Virus record (IMG/VR): IMGVR_UViG_3300031999_007842
Location: 1-53,707 of that record
Origin: a virus
Taxonomy: Duplodnaviria; Heunggongvirae; Uroviricota; Caudoviricetes
Strand: one strand, 5' to 3'
Length of the DNA: 53,707 nucleotides
Part shown: piece after piece, positions 53,560-53,707 of the stretch
How the letters are laid out: each line of letters starts with the position of its first letter
Numbering within the stretch: the stretch's first letter is position 1
Notes under the pieces: model-generated
What the model was told of the DNA's origin: nothing
The model's input: the letters and a program-made list of their open reading frames with translations, nothing else
Databases searched by the model: none
Translations under genes and position numbers: made by a program

Positions 53560-53707
53560 TGTATGACAAAGAATACATTGGAATGTGGAGATACGCTATA
53601 ACAAGGAAGCTACGCAAGAGAATCAATCGGGTTGCTACCTTGAGAATGTGTCTCAAGATTGACAAGGAATCTGAAGAAGAGCTTGTCGATTCCTACTGTG
53701 GAACTAG
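53559..53707 (+). CDS. Partial ORF running off the window
   Basis: ATG at 53559 overlapping the previous stop; no stop before the end. Confidence 0.4.
   Translation, partial: MYDKEYIGMWRYAITRKLRKRINRVATLRMCLKIDKESEEELVDSYCGT

Noticed and set aside
1-53707. Stop-codon reassignment
   Set aside because: Long genes are intact under the standard code, and TAA, TAG and TGA all end coupled genes.

Overview
The window is a 53.7-kb piece of a head-tailed (Caudoviricetes-type) dsDNA virus genome, most likely infecting an archaeon. The host inference rests on YTTAAATA TATA boxes, GGAGGTGA/GGTGA Shine-Dalgarno sites, a membrane-anchored LonB protease and many Zn-ribbon/SWIM/RHH proteins. Positions 1-37038 form one minus-strand late region, read right to left: terS, terL, portal, LonB, GT4 glycosyltransferase, four large fibre/receptor-binding proteins, a multidomain ATP-dependent DNA ligase, a protein with three LigD-type phosphoesterase domains, a GT-A/Cys-cluster fusion, further virion proteins, HNH, prohead protease-scaffold, major capsid protein, and head-tail joining genes with a second HNH. 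Positions 37267-53707 are a plus-strand early region: an RHH regulator, an array of GTT(G/C)AAC repeats, a ~1-kb ORF-poor stretch packed with helices (candidate large ncRNA), about 50 small ORFs, and a MoxR-type AAA+/VWA pair. The strongest leads are the candidate large ncRNA, the DNA end-repair enzymes inside the virion operon, the viral LonB overlapping the portal gene, and a W-x-[KR]-I-L N-terminal motif shared by many unrelated early proteins. All calls come from reading motifs by eye; no database search or folding program was run.
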